Assembly (NCBI RefSeq): GCF_001194135.2
Contig: NC_069005.1
Coordinates: 21,429,349 to 21,493,348, forward strand
Direction of reading: 5' to 3'
Source of the DNA: Octopus bimaculoides
Taxonomy: Eukaryota
Length of the DNA stretch: 64,000 nucleotides
Shown here: positions 24,915-37,600 of the stretch, piece by piece
How the letters are laid out: every line of letters starts with the position of its first letter
How positions within the stretch are numbered: position 1 is the first letter of the stretch
Notes under the pieces: model-generated
What the model was told of the DNA's origin: nothing
The model's input: the letters and a program-made list of their open reading frames with translations, nothing else
Databases searched by the model: none
Program-made: the position numbers and the translations under genes

Positions 24915-26468
24915 CTTTAGACCATTTCAGGTCAAATTTATGGGGTCGACGATCACATGGATACTGCTCTTGAGGGGCTGAAATTCAAGCTAGAATCCAA
25001 AGTACTGTATCAGCTGCAGAAGCCCAACTGATCTCTAAGTGAATAAAAACAAAAACACAATGAATTACAATAATATTACTAATTCTCTGCATCAAAACAC
25101 GTGTCGTAGTAAATATCAAAACCCATAAACAAGACCTCATAGATCTTATAAATATTTACACTTTCTCTTTTAAAAAGAAGTTGCAGGATGTCATGTGCAG
25201 TGGTGTTTGCTGTTGTTCACCAACAGGACTGTCAGTGAAACACATTTCTCACCATGTAAAAAAGACGAACATATGACGTATGTGTTTATTGTATTTGAAG
25301 ATGAGGAAAATATAAAGGTTGCATGGGAACCACTGATCTAGCATTTAATTGAATGCTTTTTCGGCTTACCAAAGTCATACCTTTGTATGAATTCAGACAG
25401 TGGTGTTTGCTAGTGTTCACCAATAGTGCTGTCTGTGAAACATGTTTCTCACCATGTAAACAATGAGTGTATGACGCATGTGTTTATTGTGCTTGAAGGT
25501 GTATATAGGCTTGCAGCATATCCTGTGCATACATTTTAGTAATGGTGATGCAGCAGCCATCCACAGATGTGGAGGCGCAATGGCCCAGTGGTTAGGGCAG
25601 CGGACTGGCGGTCATAGGATCGCGGTTTCAATTCCCAGACCGGGCGTTGTGAGTGTTCATTTGAGCGAAAACACCTAAAGCTCCACGAGGCTCCAGCAGG
25701 GGATGGTGGCGAACCCTACTGTACTCTTTCACCACAACTTTCTCTCACTCTTACTTCCTGTTTCTGTTGTGCCTGTAATTCAAAGGGTCAGCCTTGTTAC
25801 ACTGTGTCACGCTGAATATCCCCGAGAACTACGTTAAGGGTACACGTGTCTGTGGAGTGCTCAGCCACTTGCACGTTAATTTCACGAGCAGGCTGTTCCG
25901 TTGATCAGATCAACTGGAACCCTCGACGTCGTAAGCGATGGAGTGCCAACACTATTACTTGAGTATATATTGTATTTATATATTCATTAGTAGCAGTAGT
26001 AGTTAAAGTTTCTGCAAGTCCATTGTTTTGCAGTTCAAAGTCTCAATTCACCACTGAAAAAAACTTTGCTTTTCTCCACTCCTGAGTTTATTTTGAAGTC
26101 AATAATATCTGAGCAAATATAAAACCAATTTAATCATTCACTAGATATTATATCCATTGTACAGTTTTTTTTTTCTGTTATTGCTGTTAATTTCTTTCAT
26201 TATGCTATATCATTTTGTTAGCAGTATGCAAATGGTTTTGGCGGGTCTGTGGTTTAATATTGATTGCATTCTTCGCATCCATGATTAATTCTCCAATCCT
26301 TTCCATTCTTTTAGATCGATAAATGTTCCTTATATGTATTGCTTAATTTGTTGACATACCATTAATATGATTAAACTGAACATTAACTGTTACAAATGTC
26401 CAATATAGTAGCTTTTCTTTTTTTTTTTTTTCTACCATATATATTATATTTTTTCCTATTCTTTTCAG

Positions 26469-26517
26469 ACAAGGCTGAACATATACAGCTTCAGTAAACG
26501 TTTTTCTGGTTCCTGGG
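26469..26517 (+). CDS. ZCWPW1: ZCWPW1-like exon (TRLNIYSFSKRFSGSW)
   Basis: Acceptor tttcctattcttttcag, donor G|gtaatt; phase 0-1. xRLxxYSFxxRF parallels ZCWPW1 ERVNLFGFWSRF (recalled). Implies a 17.7-kb preceding intron. Confidence 0.72.
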
Positions 26518-27389
26518 GTAATTGCGATTGCGAAGGTAAGACTAATTCAATTCTCTTCGTTAATTCATTCTCAAAATTGTAACATATGGCTAGATGCAGG
26601 CATGACTGTGTGGTTAAGAAACTTGCTTTGCAATCACATGGTTTAAGGTTCAGTCCCACTGCACAGCACCTTGGACAAGTGTCTTTTACCATAGCCCTAT
26701 GCCAACCAGTGCCTATAGAGGGAAATTGATAGGTGGAATCTACAGCACATTTTCATTTTAATAAAGTTGTAATTTATGAAGTAGTAGTCGTGGATTTGCT
26801 CTGTGGTAAATCTGATGATCTACCATCTTCAGCAAGTAGATCAAGCTGAAATTATTTTTTTTAAATCTAAGACATTTTTCATTTTTTACTTGTTTCACTC
26901 ATTGATATGTAGTCATGCTGGGGACAGTGTCTGGACGACAGGTTTAGTTGATTAAATCAACCCCAGTACTTATTTTCAAGTCTGGTACTTATTGTATTAG
27001 TTACTTTTGCTGAACTACTAAGTTACAGGGATGTAAACAAACCAATACCAGCTATCAATTGATTTGGTTGGACAAACACCAAAGACGCACACACACACAC
27101 ATCTATCTACCTACCTACCTACCTACCTACCTACCTACCTATCTGTCTGTCTGTCTAGGCACAGACATGGCTGTGTGGTAAGAAGTTTGCTTCCCAATCA
27201 CATGGTCCTGTGTTCAGCCCCACTGCATGGCATCTTGGGCAAGTGTCTTCTACTATAGCCTCGGGCCGACGAAAGAATTGTGAGTGGATTTGATAGGCAG
27301 AAACTGAAAGAAGCCTGTTGTATGCATATATTTATATATATATATATACATATATGTGTGTGTGTGTGTGTATGTATACATTTATGTGT

Positions 27390-28190
27390 AAGGCTTGAAA
27401 GAAATGAAGTTAGTATTCTTCGCTGGATGTGTAATGTCAGTGTGCATGTTCAACAGAGTGTAAGCATCTTGAGAGAAAAATTGAGCATAAGAAGCATCAG
27501 ATATGGTGTGCAAGAGAAACAACTGCACTGGTATGGTCATGTGATGCATATGGATAAGGACAGCTGTGTGAAGAGATGTCAGTCTCTAACTGTGGAGGGA
27601 TCCTGTGGTAGAGGTAGACCCAGGAAGACATGGGACGAGGGGAAGCATGATCTTCGAACTTTGGGCTTCACAGAAGCAATGATTAGTGATTGAGATCTTT
27701 GGCGATATACTGTGCTTGAGAAGACCCATCAAGCCAAGTGAAATCATAGTCATGGCTGATGCTGGTGTCACGTAACTGGCACCCGTGCCGGTAGCATGTA
27801 AGGAGCTCCTTTCAGGCATTGGGCCTCATGGAGGCAAAGTGGCCAATGTTGGTGGCACATGAAAAGTTCCTTTGCAATGTTGGGCCTCACTGAGGTAATG
27901 ACTGAGACCTTTGGCATGATGTCATGCTTGAGAGAAAGACCCATGAAGCCAAGTAAAATTGTAGTTGTGGCAGATACTGGTGTCACGCAAAAGGCACCCA
28001 TGCCAGTGACATATAAAAGCACACATCACACTCTCGGAGTGGTTGGCATTAGGAAGGGCATCCAGCCATAGAAACCATGCCAAATAAGATTGGGGTCTGG
28101 TGCAGCCTTCCAGCTTGCCAGTCCTGGTCAAACTGTCCACTCCGTGCCAGCATAGATAACAAATGTTAAATGATGATGATGATGATATAT
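27390..28190 (+). mobile_element. RTE LINE 3' end with 3'UTR and (ATG)n tail
   Basis: LRWMCNVSV...LHWYGHVMHMDKDSCVKRC..EGSCGRGRPRKTWDE, followed by the tail sequence shared with the many (ATG)n repeats. Confidence 0.85.
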
Positions 28191-28374
28191 ACATATGCAA
28201 CAGGCTTCCACACTCATAGTTTTTGTCTACCAAATTCACTCATATGGCATTGGTCAGCCGAGTAGAAGATATTTGCCCAAGGTACTTGAAACCATGCTTC
28301 TTATCCACACAGCCATGTCTATTAATAATTAGTTACAAGTAAGTCCTGTACTTATTGAGTTTTTTAATCTTTTT

Positions 28375-28446
<72 letters not shown>

Positions 28447-28506
28447 TTTTTCTTTCTTTCTTTCTTTATGTAAAATTTAATATCACTAAATTTCTATATA
28501 TTTCAG

Positions 28507-28550
28507 ATTGTGATAAAAATGAAACAATGGATTTATCAGACAGTTGCTGA
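28507..28550 (+). CDS. ZCWPW1: ZCWPW1-like terminal coding exon (D)CDKNETMDLSDSC*
   Basis: Acceptor ttctatatatttcag; phase 1 joins exon 26469-26517; TGA at 28548-28550, followed by an AT-rich UTR-like stretch. Confidence 0.62.
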
Positions 28551-28827
28551 ATTAGTATTTTGTGTTTGTATTTCTGTTTTTCAGTTAAAACCGTTTATTT
28601 TTTTAATGGACATTTCTATTTTCTTGTCTTTTTATCACCTCCATTTCACCATTCCATATCTCAACACAGAAATGAGTTTCTCATATTTCATAAACTACGT
28701 TGCATTTGTTTATCTCTGTTTTTCTTTCATTTCATTTTTCTTATCTTGTTTTTGTCTCCTCCTCTATTTGAACAGACAATATTTCATGTTAATATTTATA
28801 TGAATATATATATTTTTAGTAAAAAAT

Positions 28828-28840
28828 AATAAACAATAAA
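28828..28840 (+). terminator. Tandem AATAAA poly(A) signals for the ZCWPW1-like gene
   Basis: aataaa at 28828-28833 and 28835-28840, about 280 nt after the stop codon. Confidence 0.45.
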
Positions 28841-29491
28841 CACTGGAATCAGTTCTTATGTGTTGAATTTACATTTTTCTTTTTTGTAATGTTACATAAA
28901 TGTGTCCATTTGAATGATTTTGGTAGTTTCTGCAAAGCAGGAGAATGTTTGTATGCCAACAATTTAATCGATTGAGTCAATGTAAACATTTAGACATTAT
29001 CATCAACATTTAACATCCATTGTCCATGCTGGCATGGGTTGGACAGTTTGACCAGGGTTGGCAAGCTGAGGGGCTGCACCAGACTCCAGTCTGATTTAGC
29101 ATGGTTTCTATGGTTGGATGCTCTTCCTAACACCAACCACTCCAAGAGTTTAAATGGGTGCTTTTACGTGCCACCGACATATGTGCCAGTTACATGCCAC
29201 CAGTATCTACCACATCTATAATTTCACTTTGCTTGATGGGTCTTCTACTCAAGCACAGCATGTTGCCGAAGGTCTCAGTCATTTGTTATTGCCTCCGTGA
29301 GGCTCAGCGCTCAAAAGTGCTTTTATATGCCACTGGCACAGGTGCTAGTTTCCAAATCTTGCTGCATTTCAAATGGAATTTTTGGCCCTCCAAAGTCATC
29401 TTGGTGTATAAGTCAACCTATCCATTTTGGCTGTAAATTTTAGTCTGAAAAATTTGACTTGCATACTGGATATATTGCAAAATCCATTATA

Positions 29492-29750
29492 CCAAGTGCA
29501 GCAGAAAGGTTGCCCTGATTTCAAAGGTTAATAAAAAACAAACACATGAAGATACAAGAAAAAACAAACTCTTCAACAACAAATGCACGATGCTCTCCAC
29601 TCCATGCCATGGTGGGTACTACCTGAAACAGGAAAACAAAATGGCACTTAATGAGCTTCATAGAAATACAAAGTTTTTCCATGTATCTTCATGTGTTTGT
29701 TTTTTTTTTATTAACCTTTGAAATTAGGGCAACCTTTCTGCCTCACCCTG
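29492..29750 (-). mobile_element. Internally deleted mariner-like element retaining the transposase start (MAWSGEHRAFVVEEF)
   Basis: Inverted repeats of about 70 bp, TA flanks, ATG at 29610. Confidence 0.75.
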
Positions 29751-32700
29751 TACTTGCTACAATTATTATACTGTGTAGTGGTGCTCAAATCTGCTTCAAA
29801 ACAATGTCTTTTCAACTTCAATCCCACTACACATTACTTGGGACAAGTATTTGCTTTCTATCATAGCCCTTGGGTTCATAAAGGCACATGGTTCAGTGGT
29901 TAGGGTATTCAGCTCACAGTTGTAAGGTCATAAGTTCAATTCCCATGTTGTGTCCCTGGGCAAGATACTTTCTTTCACGTTGCTCCAGTCCACTCAGCTA
30001 GCAAAAATGAGTAGCACCTGTATTTCAAAGGGCCAGCCTTGTCACATTGTGTCACGCTGAATATCTCCGAGAACTACATTAACGGTATGCATGTCTGTGG
30101 AATGCTCAGCCACATGCACGTTAATTTCATGAGAAGGCTCTTCCGTTGATTGAATCAGCAAATGGAACCCCTCCTTGTTGTAACTTAAGGAATGCCAGTA
30201 CAAATACAAGTATGTATGTATACACACACAAATCTAAAAACCAGATAAAGATCAGGTCCTACCACCACTCCCACACATTAGGATATGATATGGTTTCATT
30301 AACAAATTGATACAAATTGATATTTTGATGAAGTACAAAACTTTTTTTTTTTTTTTTTTTGCAGAATGGACACTAGCATAATACTGATATTTTATTAATT
30401 CTATAAAGATGTAAGGCAAAGTTCATTGTGTCAGGATTTGAACTCAGTACATCAAGACTGAAAGTAAATACCACAAGGTATTTTATTTAGTCCACCGCTC
30501 TATAATTTCTGCCAACTCACTGACCTTAAAAGAAAATTAAATATTAATGAGAAATTTAATATTAATATTTGTTCGTATTCTATAGATTTCTACTATTTAG
30601 TTTCAATTGGACCTAGTTAGTGATCATTTATAGAACTCAAAAGAATTATTTGGCAGCTTGAGGCCAACTTGGGATAATGCAAGAACTAATAAGGAAACTG
30701 CTGTATGGCTACTAATTTGGGGTTATTGAAAAAATAGAACATATAAATTGATTTTTGAAAGGTCAAAAAAAAAACCATCTCATAAAATAAAAACATCCTC
30801 AATGCTTTCACTTTTCAAAAGATATATCGATATATCTTTTATCTTTTTCTAGTTTCAGTCATTAGACTGTGGCCATACTGGGGTACCATCTTGAAGAATT
30901 TCTGGTTGAACAAATTGACCTCAGCACTTATTTTTTTGGTGGGGATTTTAAAGCCTGCTAGTTGTTCTGTTGATCTCTTTTGTTAAGCTGCTAAGTGATG
31001 GGGATGTAAACAAACCAACTCCAGTTTCCAAGGAGTGGATGGGGTGGGGTGGGGAAAACACAGACGCAAAGAAAGAGAGACATACATACATATAACAAGA
31101 TTCTTTCAGTTTCTTATTTCTTTATTGCCCACAAGGGGCTAAACGTAGAGGGGACAGACAAAGAAATTAAGTCGATTACATTGACCCCAGTGCGTAACTG
31201 GTACTTATTTAATCGACCCTGAAAGGATGANNNNNNNNNNCCCAGTGCGTAACTGGTACTTATTTAATCGACCCTGAAAGGATGAAAGGCTAAGTCGACC
31301 TCGCCAGAATTTGAACTCAGAACGTAAAGACAGACAAAATACCACTAAGCATTTTGCCCGGCATGCTACTAATGTTTCAGCCAGCTTGCCGCCTTTGGTT
31401 CCTTTCAGTTTCTGTCTACCAAATCCACTCACAAGGTTTTGGTTGGCCCGAGGTTATAGAAGAAGACACTTACTCAAGGTGTCCTGCAGTGATACTGAAC
31501 CTGGAACCATGTGGTTGGGAGGCAAACTTCTTACCACACCGCCACACCTGGACTTATATCTATACTTTAATTGATTTTTTTTTTTTTTCAGTTATTTGAT
31601 ACTAATAAAACTCTACATGATAGCCATTTACCTCTAAGCAAGGTGCAGAACCCCATCTTGCATCAGTTTGTTAACCGCTCCTACTTTAGAACTAAGTGGT
31701 TTGCAAAAGAAAGGATGAGTGTTGCATGCAAGCAACACTGTATCTCTGTGGTTAAGAAGTTTGCTTTGCAGCCATGCAACTCTGGATCTGATCTGAGTGT
31801 GTCTTATTGAGTCATCCATTGATTGATCAATATTCTGTGAGCGAAATTTTGTAGGAGGAACCTACGTAGATATTCGTTGTGCAGATGAAAGGCAAAGTCG
31901 ACCTTGGCACAATCTGAATTCAGATGATACAACCAAAAGAAATGCCACTAACCATTTTGCCTAGTTTACTCATGATTCTGCCAGCTTGCTGCTTTAATAA
32001 TGGTTCCAGATTTTTTCCACAGGGGCAGCAATTTTCGAGGAGGGGATGAGTTGATTATATTGAGCCCATTGTTTCGCTGGTACTTAATTTATTGACCCCC
32101 CCCCCCCCGACTACAGGTATCTTTGCCACTATCACCTGTATGATTGATACCCTCTACTGTANNNNNNNNNNNNNNNNNNNNNNNNNNNNNNNNNNNNNNN
32201 NNNNNNNNNNNNNNNNNNNNNNNNNNNNNNNNNNNNNNNNNNNNNNNNNNNNNNNNNNNNNNNNNNNNNNNNNNNNNNNNNNNNNNNNNNNNNNNNNNNN
32301 NNNNNNNNNNNNNNNNNNNNNNNNNNNNNNNNNNNNNNNNNNNNNNNNNNNNNNNNNNNNNNNNNNNNNNNNNNNNNNNNNNNNNNNNNNNNNNNNNNNN
32401 NNNNNNNNNNNNNNNNNNNNNNNNNNNNNNNNNNNNNNNNNNNNNNNNNNNNNNNNNNNNNNNNNNNNNNNNNNNNNNNNNNNNNNNNNNNNNNNNNNNN
32501 NNNNNNNNNNNNNNNNNNNNNNNNNNNNNNNNNNNNNNNNNNNNNNNNNNNNNNNNNNNNNNNNNNNNNNNNNNNNNNNNNNNNNNNNNNNNNNNNNNNN
32601 NNNNNNNNNNNNNNNNNNNNNNNNNNNNNNNNNNNNNNNNNNNNNNNNNNNNNNNNNNNNNNNNNNNNNNNNNNNNNNNNNNNNNNNNNNNNGACTACAG

Positions 32701-33149
32701 GTATCTTTGCCACTATCACCTGTATGATTGATACCCTCTACTGTATCACTACTACTGTGCTATTACTTTGTGGAGGTGTGTGTATAGAGAGAAAGCAATT
32801 TCTCAAAAGCAGATTTCATCATCATTTAACATCCATGTTTCACACTAACATGGTTGGATGGTTTGACAATGCAATCCTTGCATCCAATGGACTCAAGGAC
32901 TGCATTGTGCTCCAGTTTCTCCTTTGGTATAGTTTCTACGACTGGATGCCTTTCCATGTACCAACCACTTTTCATTATGAACTAAGTGTTTTTCTCCTGC
33001 CACCAGCACAAGTGAGGTAGCTATGCAGTTCTGAAGACTACAAATCTCAAGTCTTATGAGATTTTTTTTAAGGTAAGAGGTACAGGGTGTGTGATAAAAT
33101 TATTAAGTTAAGACTAACCATAAGTAACACAAAGGCAGCATTTATCTCG

Positions 33150-33760
33150 GCATATGCCCCACTGGCAGGACTACTAGAAGAACAGAAGGATCGTTCCTCT
33201 GAGACACTACTGCAACTTACCTCAACAACAAGTAATTGGTGGTGGCCACATTATTGTAGCTGATGACTTCAATGGATATTACTGAGTAATGGCTTTCATG
33301 ATGTACATGGAGGCTATGGTCACAGCACAAAGGATGAGGCTTCTGGAGTTTTGCAACACACTCTGTAAGAAACCAGCCGACCACCTCATCACCTATCAAT
33401 CTGGCAAGCACACATGTTAAATTGATTACATTCTCATCAGGAAATGGGACAGAAATGTCACAGTGAATACCAAAGCCTTTCCTAGTGAAGAATGAGCCAT
33501 GCAACATAGGTTAGTGGCTAGTAACTTTTGTGTCGGAGTTAGGCAGGTACAGAAAAGAAAAACAACATGGAGAAGGAAGATCTGGAAACTAGAAGATCCA
33601 GCTATTGGGAAGAGGAATTCTAACTGACACATATGAATGTTGGGAAATAGATTTATATACCTGCAGCATAGACAACAACCAGAGCAAAGTCCTAGCCAAG
33701 CCAGAAGAACATGATGTTGGAGTGATAAGGTTAATAGGCATGACCTGATAATTTGATTAC
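33150..33760 (+). mobile_element. RTE-clade LINE AP-endonuclease fragment
   Basis: IIVADDFNG, GGYGH, KKPADHLITYQSG..IDYILIRK, QHRLVASNF, with stops. Confidence 0.75.
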
Positions 33761-33885
33761 AAGATGATAATGTGATCTTAAGATGACAGTAAAAGGTGTT
33801 TGCTATTATGTACATTTAAAAGTACTTTTGGCAATGTTTACAGATTAAAATGTTTTATTATTATTATTATTACTATTATTATTAC

Positions 33886-33919
<34 letters not shown>

Positions 33920-33920
<1 letters not shown>

Positions 33921-34135
33921 GATGTCGCAGAGTATACAATATCGTGAGGTTGTTGATTGAAGATATTGTGTCTACTGGGGGTTTGTACTATTTGTCAAGT
34001 CACAACAAAGACCTCAGATAGACAGTACTTTATGAAATATGTGTGCAGTTCCAAGTAATACTGACTTTTGCAATACACCTAGATTGTAGGGTATGTCTAA
34101 AGTTTTCAGATGTTTTTTTCAGATTTGGTGGTATC
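33920..34135 (-). mobile_element. Short 3'-end copy of the R4/Dong element embedded in (TAA)n
   Basis: 33985-34130 is similar to 34985-35130; (att)n arrays flank both sides (33851-33919 and 34133-34158). Confidence 0.75.
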
Positions 34136-34599
34136 ATTATTATTATTATTATTATTATTTTCATCTCCATGACCACCATTTAATGTATTTGATCGGACTA
34201 ATCAGGTTCTGTCCATTAATTTAACTAAGAAGGAAAGTAAATCACTCTCTGGAGAATTATTTTACATGTCTACGTCTCACAGAACACTTCTGTTGCTATG
34301 GTAACAATAATAATCCACTCATCCATAGAGAAAAGAACAAAACAAAACAAGACAATTTGATGGTTAATGCTTTGTGTAATTTAACAACACAGATTTTTCA
34401 AGGTTTGTGTCCTTCAGTAACTGTTTCACATATGTTTGACAAGATCTGCTTTCTTTCTTTCACTATATTCAAGTTCTCAGAGTAATAATTCATCTTTTCT
34501 TTGCCAACAGTGTACCATAAATTTATATCTGAGTTGATAGTTTCTGTTAATAATGGTACATTTCCATATAGTATGTTATTCGGTAAATGTAGTCTGCAC

Positions 34600-34955
34600 A
34601 TCTAATTTCATTTCCTTCCAGTTTTCTTAAGTCTTCTGCATTCAAGGCCCATGTCTCACTAACATGCAACATTACAGTTCTAATACAAGCATCATACCAA
34701 TTTCCCCTTCACTTTTAGTGGTAGTAGCACCCTGAACTTTCTCCAACCAGCTCTCACTCTAGCAGCTATACTTTCAGAGCAACTGCCTCCCTTGCTAATT
34801 ACATCTCCTATGTAACAAAAGTTATCAAATACTTCTAACGAGCCATCTGGGCATTTAAGAGACTCAATTCCAGGTGTGCTTGTACATACTGCTCCAGTGT
34901 ATCTATGGCATATGAAGTTTACATCCTCAGATAGCTTACCAACTCTTATGTCCAC
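34600..34955 (-). mobile_element. RTE-clade LINE RT C-terminal fragment
   Basis: LEVFDNFCYIGDVISKGGSCSESIAARVRAGWRKFRVLLP. Confidence 0.8.
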
Positions 34956-34959
34956 CAGG

Positions 34960-36015
34960 GGTTTATGTCCACCGGGAGTTCGTGCTGTCTGTCAAGTCTC
35001 AACAAGGACATCAGATAGACAGTACTTTACACAATATGCATGTAGTTACAAGTAATGCCGACTTTTGCGATATACCTAGATTATAGGGTACTTCTAAAGT
35101 TTCCAGATGTTCTTTCAGGTTGGGTGGAATTGAACCTAATGCTCTGATGACAGGGACAAACTTTATGTTTGATTCTCATAGCTACCACATCTTAGCAATC
35201 TCAATTCTCAGGTCTCCATATTTATCAATCTTTTCTCTTTCTTTCATGATGATGTGTTGAGCTCCTGGCACTACTACATTGATTATTAGGCAGTGCCTTC
35301 AGTGCTCTAACATCTTGTCTGTCTGGAAGTCAAAGTTCCAAAAGAATTTTGCCTTCCCTTTTTCATCCATTACCTTTTCCAGTGTATGTTGGTACCAAGC
35401 ACCTGTAACCTCATATCCATACTTATGGCATAATAGCCAGTGGAAGTTTTGGGCTACCTTGTCATGTCTGTGTGTGTACTCTTTCTGAACAAGACTTTCA
35501 CATGAGTTGGTATTCAATGCCTGATCCTGGGCAGCAATGATTAGGCTTTCAGTCTTCCTTTTTTGGTCACCCTTGCTGAGCTGTCTCCATGATGGTATTT
35601 TAAGTTGTTAGTTTCATGGTGGAACTGACCATGTAATTCCATGCAAAGTAGGGTCTCTTCTCTCTCGTTGGCTATTTGTGATCAGAATTCATCAGCACTC
35701 TCAAGACCATTTTTGGTAAACTTTTCTGCATTAGCAGCATACTGTAGCAGGTCTTGTTTGCTATTTACCAAATATTCTGCCATGTTTCTTCTTTCACTGT
35801 TGATGCACTCCCGTATGCTAATCAGCCCACGTCCACCTTTACCCCTCTTCATGAAGAGACTGTGTACATTTGCCTTTGGGTGGAGGACACCATGCATTGT
35901 CGTTGTCTTTCAGGTAGTGCGATTGAGTTGGTTAATCTCTGCTTATTTTTGTCTTTTTTTTCAATGTTTGTATGGTGTTTGTTTTCAAATTATGCAGTTG
36001 TCTGTCATCATTAGT
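34960..36015 (-). mobile_element. R4/Dong-clade non-LTR retrotransposon 3' fragment (RLE domain), decayed
   Basis: Peptides HGVLHPKANVHSLFMKRGKGGRGL, C..LVQKEYTHRHDKVAQNFHWLLC, FWNFDFQTD and KEREKIDKYGDLRIEIAKMW, with frameshifts. Confidence 0.8.
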
Positions 36016-36119
36016 TAAACAACTTATAACTTTTAGAAGTTGGATTGGCCCTTAAAAAGATTGAATAGGATCCTTTTACTTGGCACACTCATAAGCATGA
36101 CTATGAAAACCAACTATGT

Positions 36120-36430
36120 CCATTTCCAGGCTGAGGAAAGCAAACTGTCAAAGTATCGGTTACTCTCTGACAGGTTTATGGTTGAGCCTATGGCAGTGGA
36201 GACCTCTGGTACCCTCATATCCCTATTCACTGCTATCAGAGCAGGGTTGGCTATCCACAAGTGCAAGCCCTGTGAGTCTCAGGTTTATGGTCGAGCCTGT
36301 GGCAGTGGAGTCCTCAGGTGTCCTTGACTCCTGGACCATATCCCTGCTCACTGCTATTTAGGTGGAAGTAAGTTCCAAGAGCCAGAGCGGATATTCCAAC
36401 GCATCTCCTTCGCCCTCCAGGACAACGTTT
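36120..36430 (+). mobile_element. CRE-clade retrotransposon RLE C-terminal fragment
   Basis: AEESKLSKYRLLSDRFMVEPMAVETSG ... FQRIS motif; internal duplication of about 70 bp. Confidence 0.6.
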
Positions 36431-37289
36431 TTTCCGTTTTGTCTGCTGGGACCATGAAGCAGTCTGAATTACAGGAAATTATGTTCCACTCCTTAATGTA
36501 AAGTTACTCCGTATAAATTGCCCAATATATATATTAGTAACCAGGATAAAATGAATAATTTCTGATTTCTCATTAGTTTCAATAGCTTTCTCATCAGAGA
36601 TAGTTTTGTTGATCTGACAAATTTGACCATTTAGATCCTTCTAAGAAACTAAAATTAAACGTTCTAGAAATTTTTTCTGTACTTGTTTTTTTCCTTTGTT
36701 ATTTCGAATCCAATTGTACTAGTACAAAAATTAATTTTGTTCTCTGATATTTAAGCAAAAGCATAATCGATGTATTTTTCTAGGATTAACGTTTGAGATA
36801 AAAAAATAAAAACAGAAAACAGAAATAAAAGAAAGAAAATCTAATATTTATTATAACTAAAATTTCTGAGTGGCTGTGTGGTAAGTAGCTTGCTTACCAA
36901 CCACATGGTTCTGGGTTCAGTCCTACTGCATGGCACCTTGGGCAAGTGTCTTCTACTATAGCCTCGGGCCGACCAAAGCCTTGTGAGTGGATTTGGTAGA
37001 CGGAAACTGAAAGAAGCCCTTCGTATATATGTATGTATATATTGTGTGTGTCTGTGTTTGTCCNNNNNNNNNNCAACATCGCTTGACAACCGATGCTGGT
37101 GTGTTTACGTCCCCGTAACTTAGCAGTTCGGCAAAAGAGACAGATAGAATAAGTACTAGGCTTCCAAAGAATAAGTCCTGGGGTCGATTTGCGCGACTAA
37201 AGGCGGTTCTCCAGCATGGCCGCATTCAAAATGACTGAAACAAGTAAAAGAGTAAAAAAAGAGTAAAATAACAAATTTTGTGAGAAACG

Positions 37290-37600
37290 AAAGCTGTTGC
37301 CGCGGTGGCGGCGTCGGAATCCCTGACGACGACGACGAAGCCAAACAAGGGAAAGAAACCATACTCAGAGTTGCTTCCCTTACCTGATAACGCCATTTTC
37401 CTGTTATTTTGAACAGCATCTTTTGTCTTGGATCATCGTCTATTGTTTCGTTTCCAGGTTTTTGTGATCTGTCTTGGCTGTCTCCTGGTTAATATATCAT
37501 CTCGGTAATATATTTGTGCACTACTTTTTATTTCTAAATATAAGATCATTTCTTTCTTTATATTTTAATTAGTAAAATCAACGTGATTCTGCGAAAGGTA
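37290..37600. promoter_or_regulatory. CpG-rich putative bidirectional promoter / 5' region
   Basis: Local CpG enrichment; minus-strand ATG at 37396 and a + strand donor AAG|gtaaaa at 37597/37598 that could splice to the 42049 acceptor. Confidence 0.45.
37384..37396 (-). CDS. Putative first coding exon of an unidentified minus-strand gene (MALS + 1 nt)
   Basis: Minus strand reads caggaaaATGGCGTTATCAG|gtaagg: strong Kozak context and consensus donor, in a CpG-rich patch followed by T-rich intron-like sequence. Confidence 0.55.

Noticed and set aside
31190-31285. 45-bp duplication across a 10-N gap
   Set aside because: Contig-overlap artefact within a SINE.
32109-32745. Identical 53-bp sequence on both sides of the 530-N gap
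   Set aside because: Most likely an unmerged contig overlap; a real tandem repeat cannot be shown.
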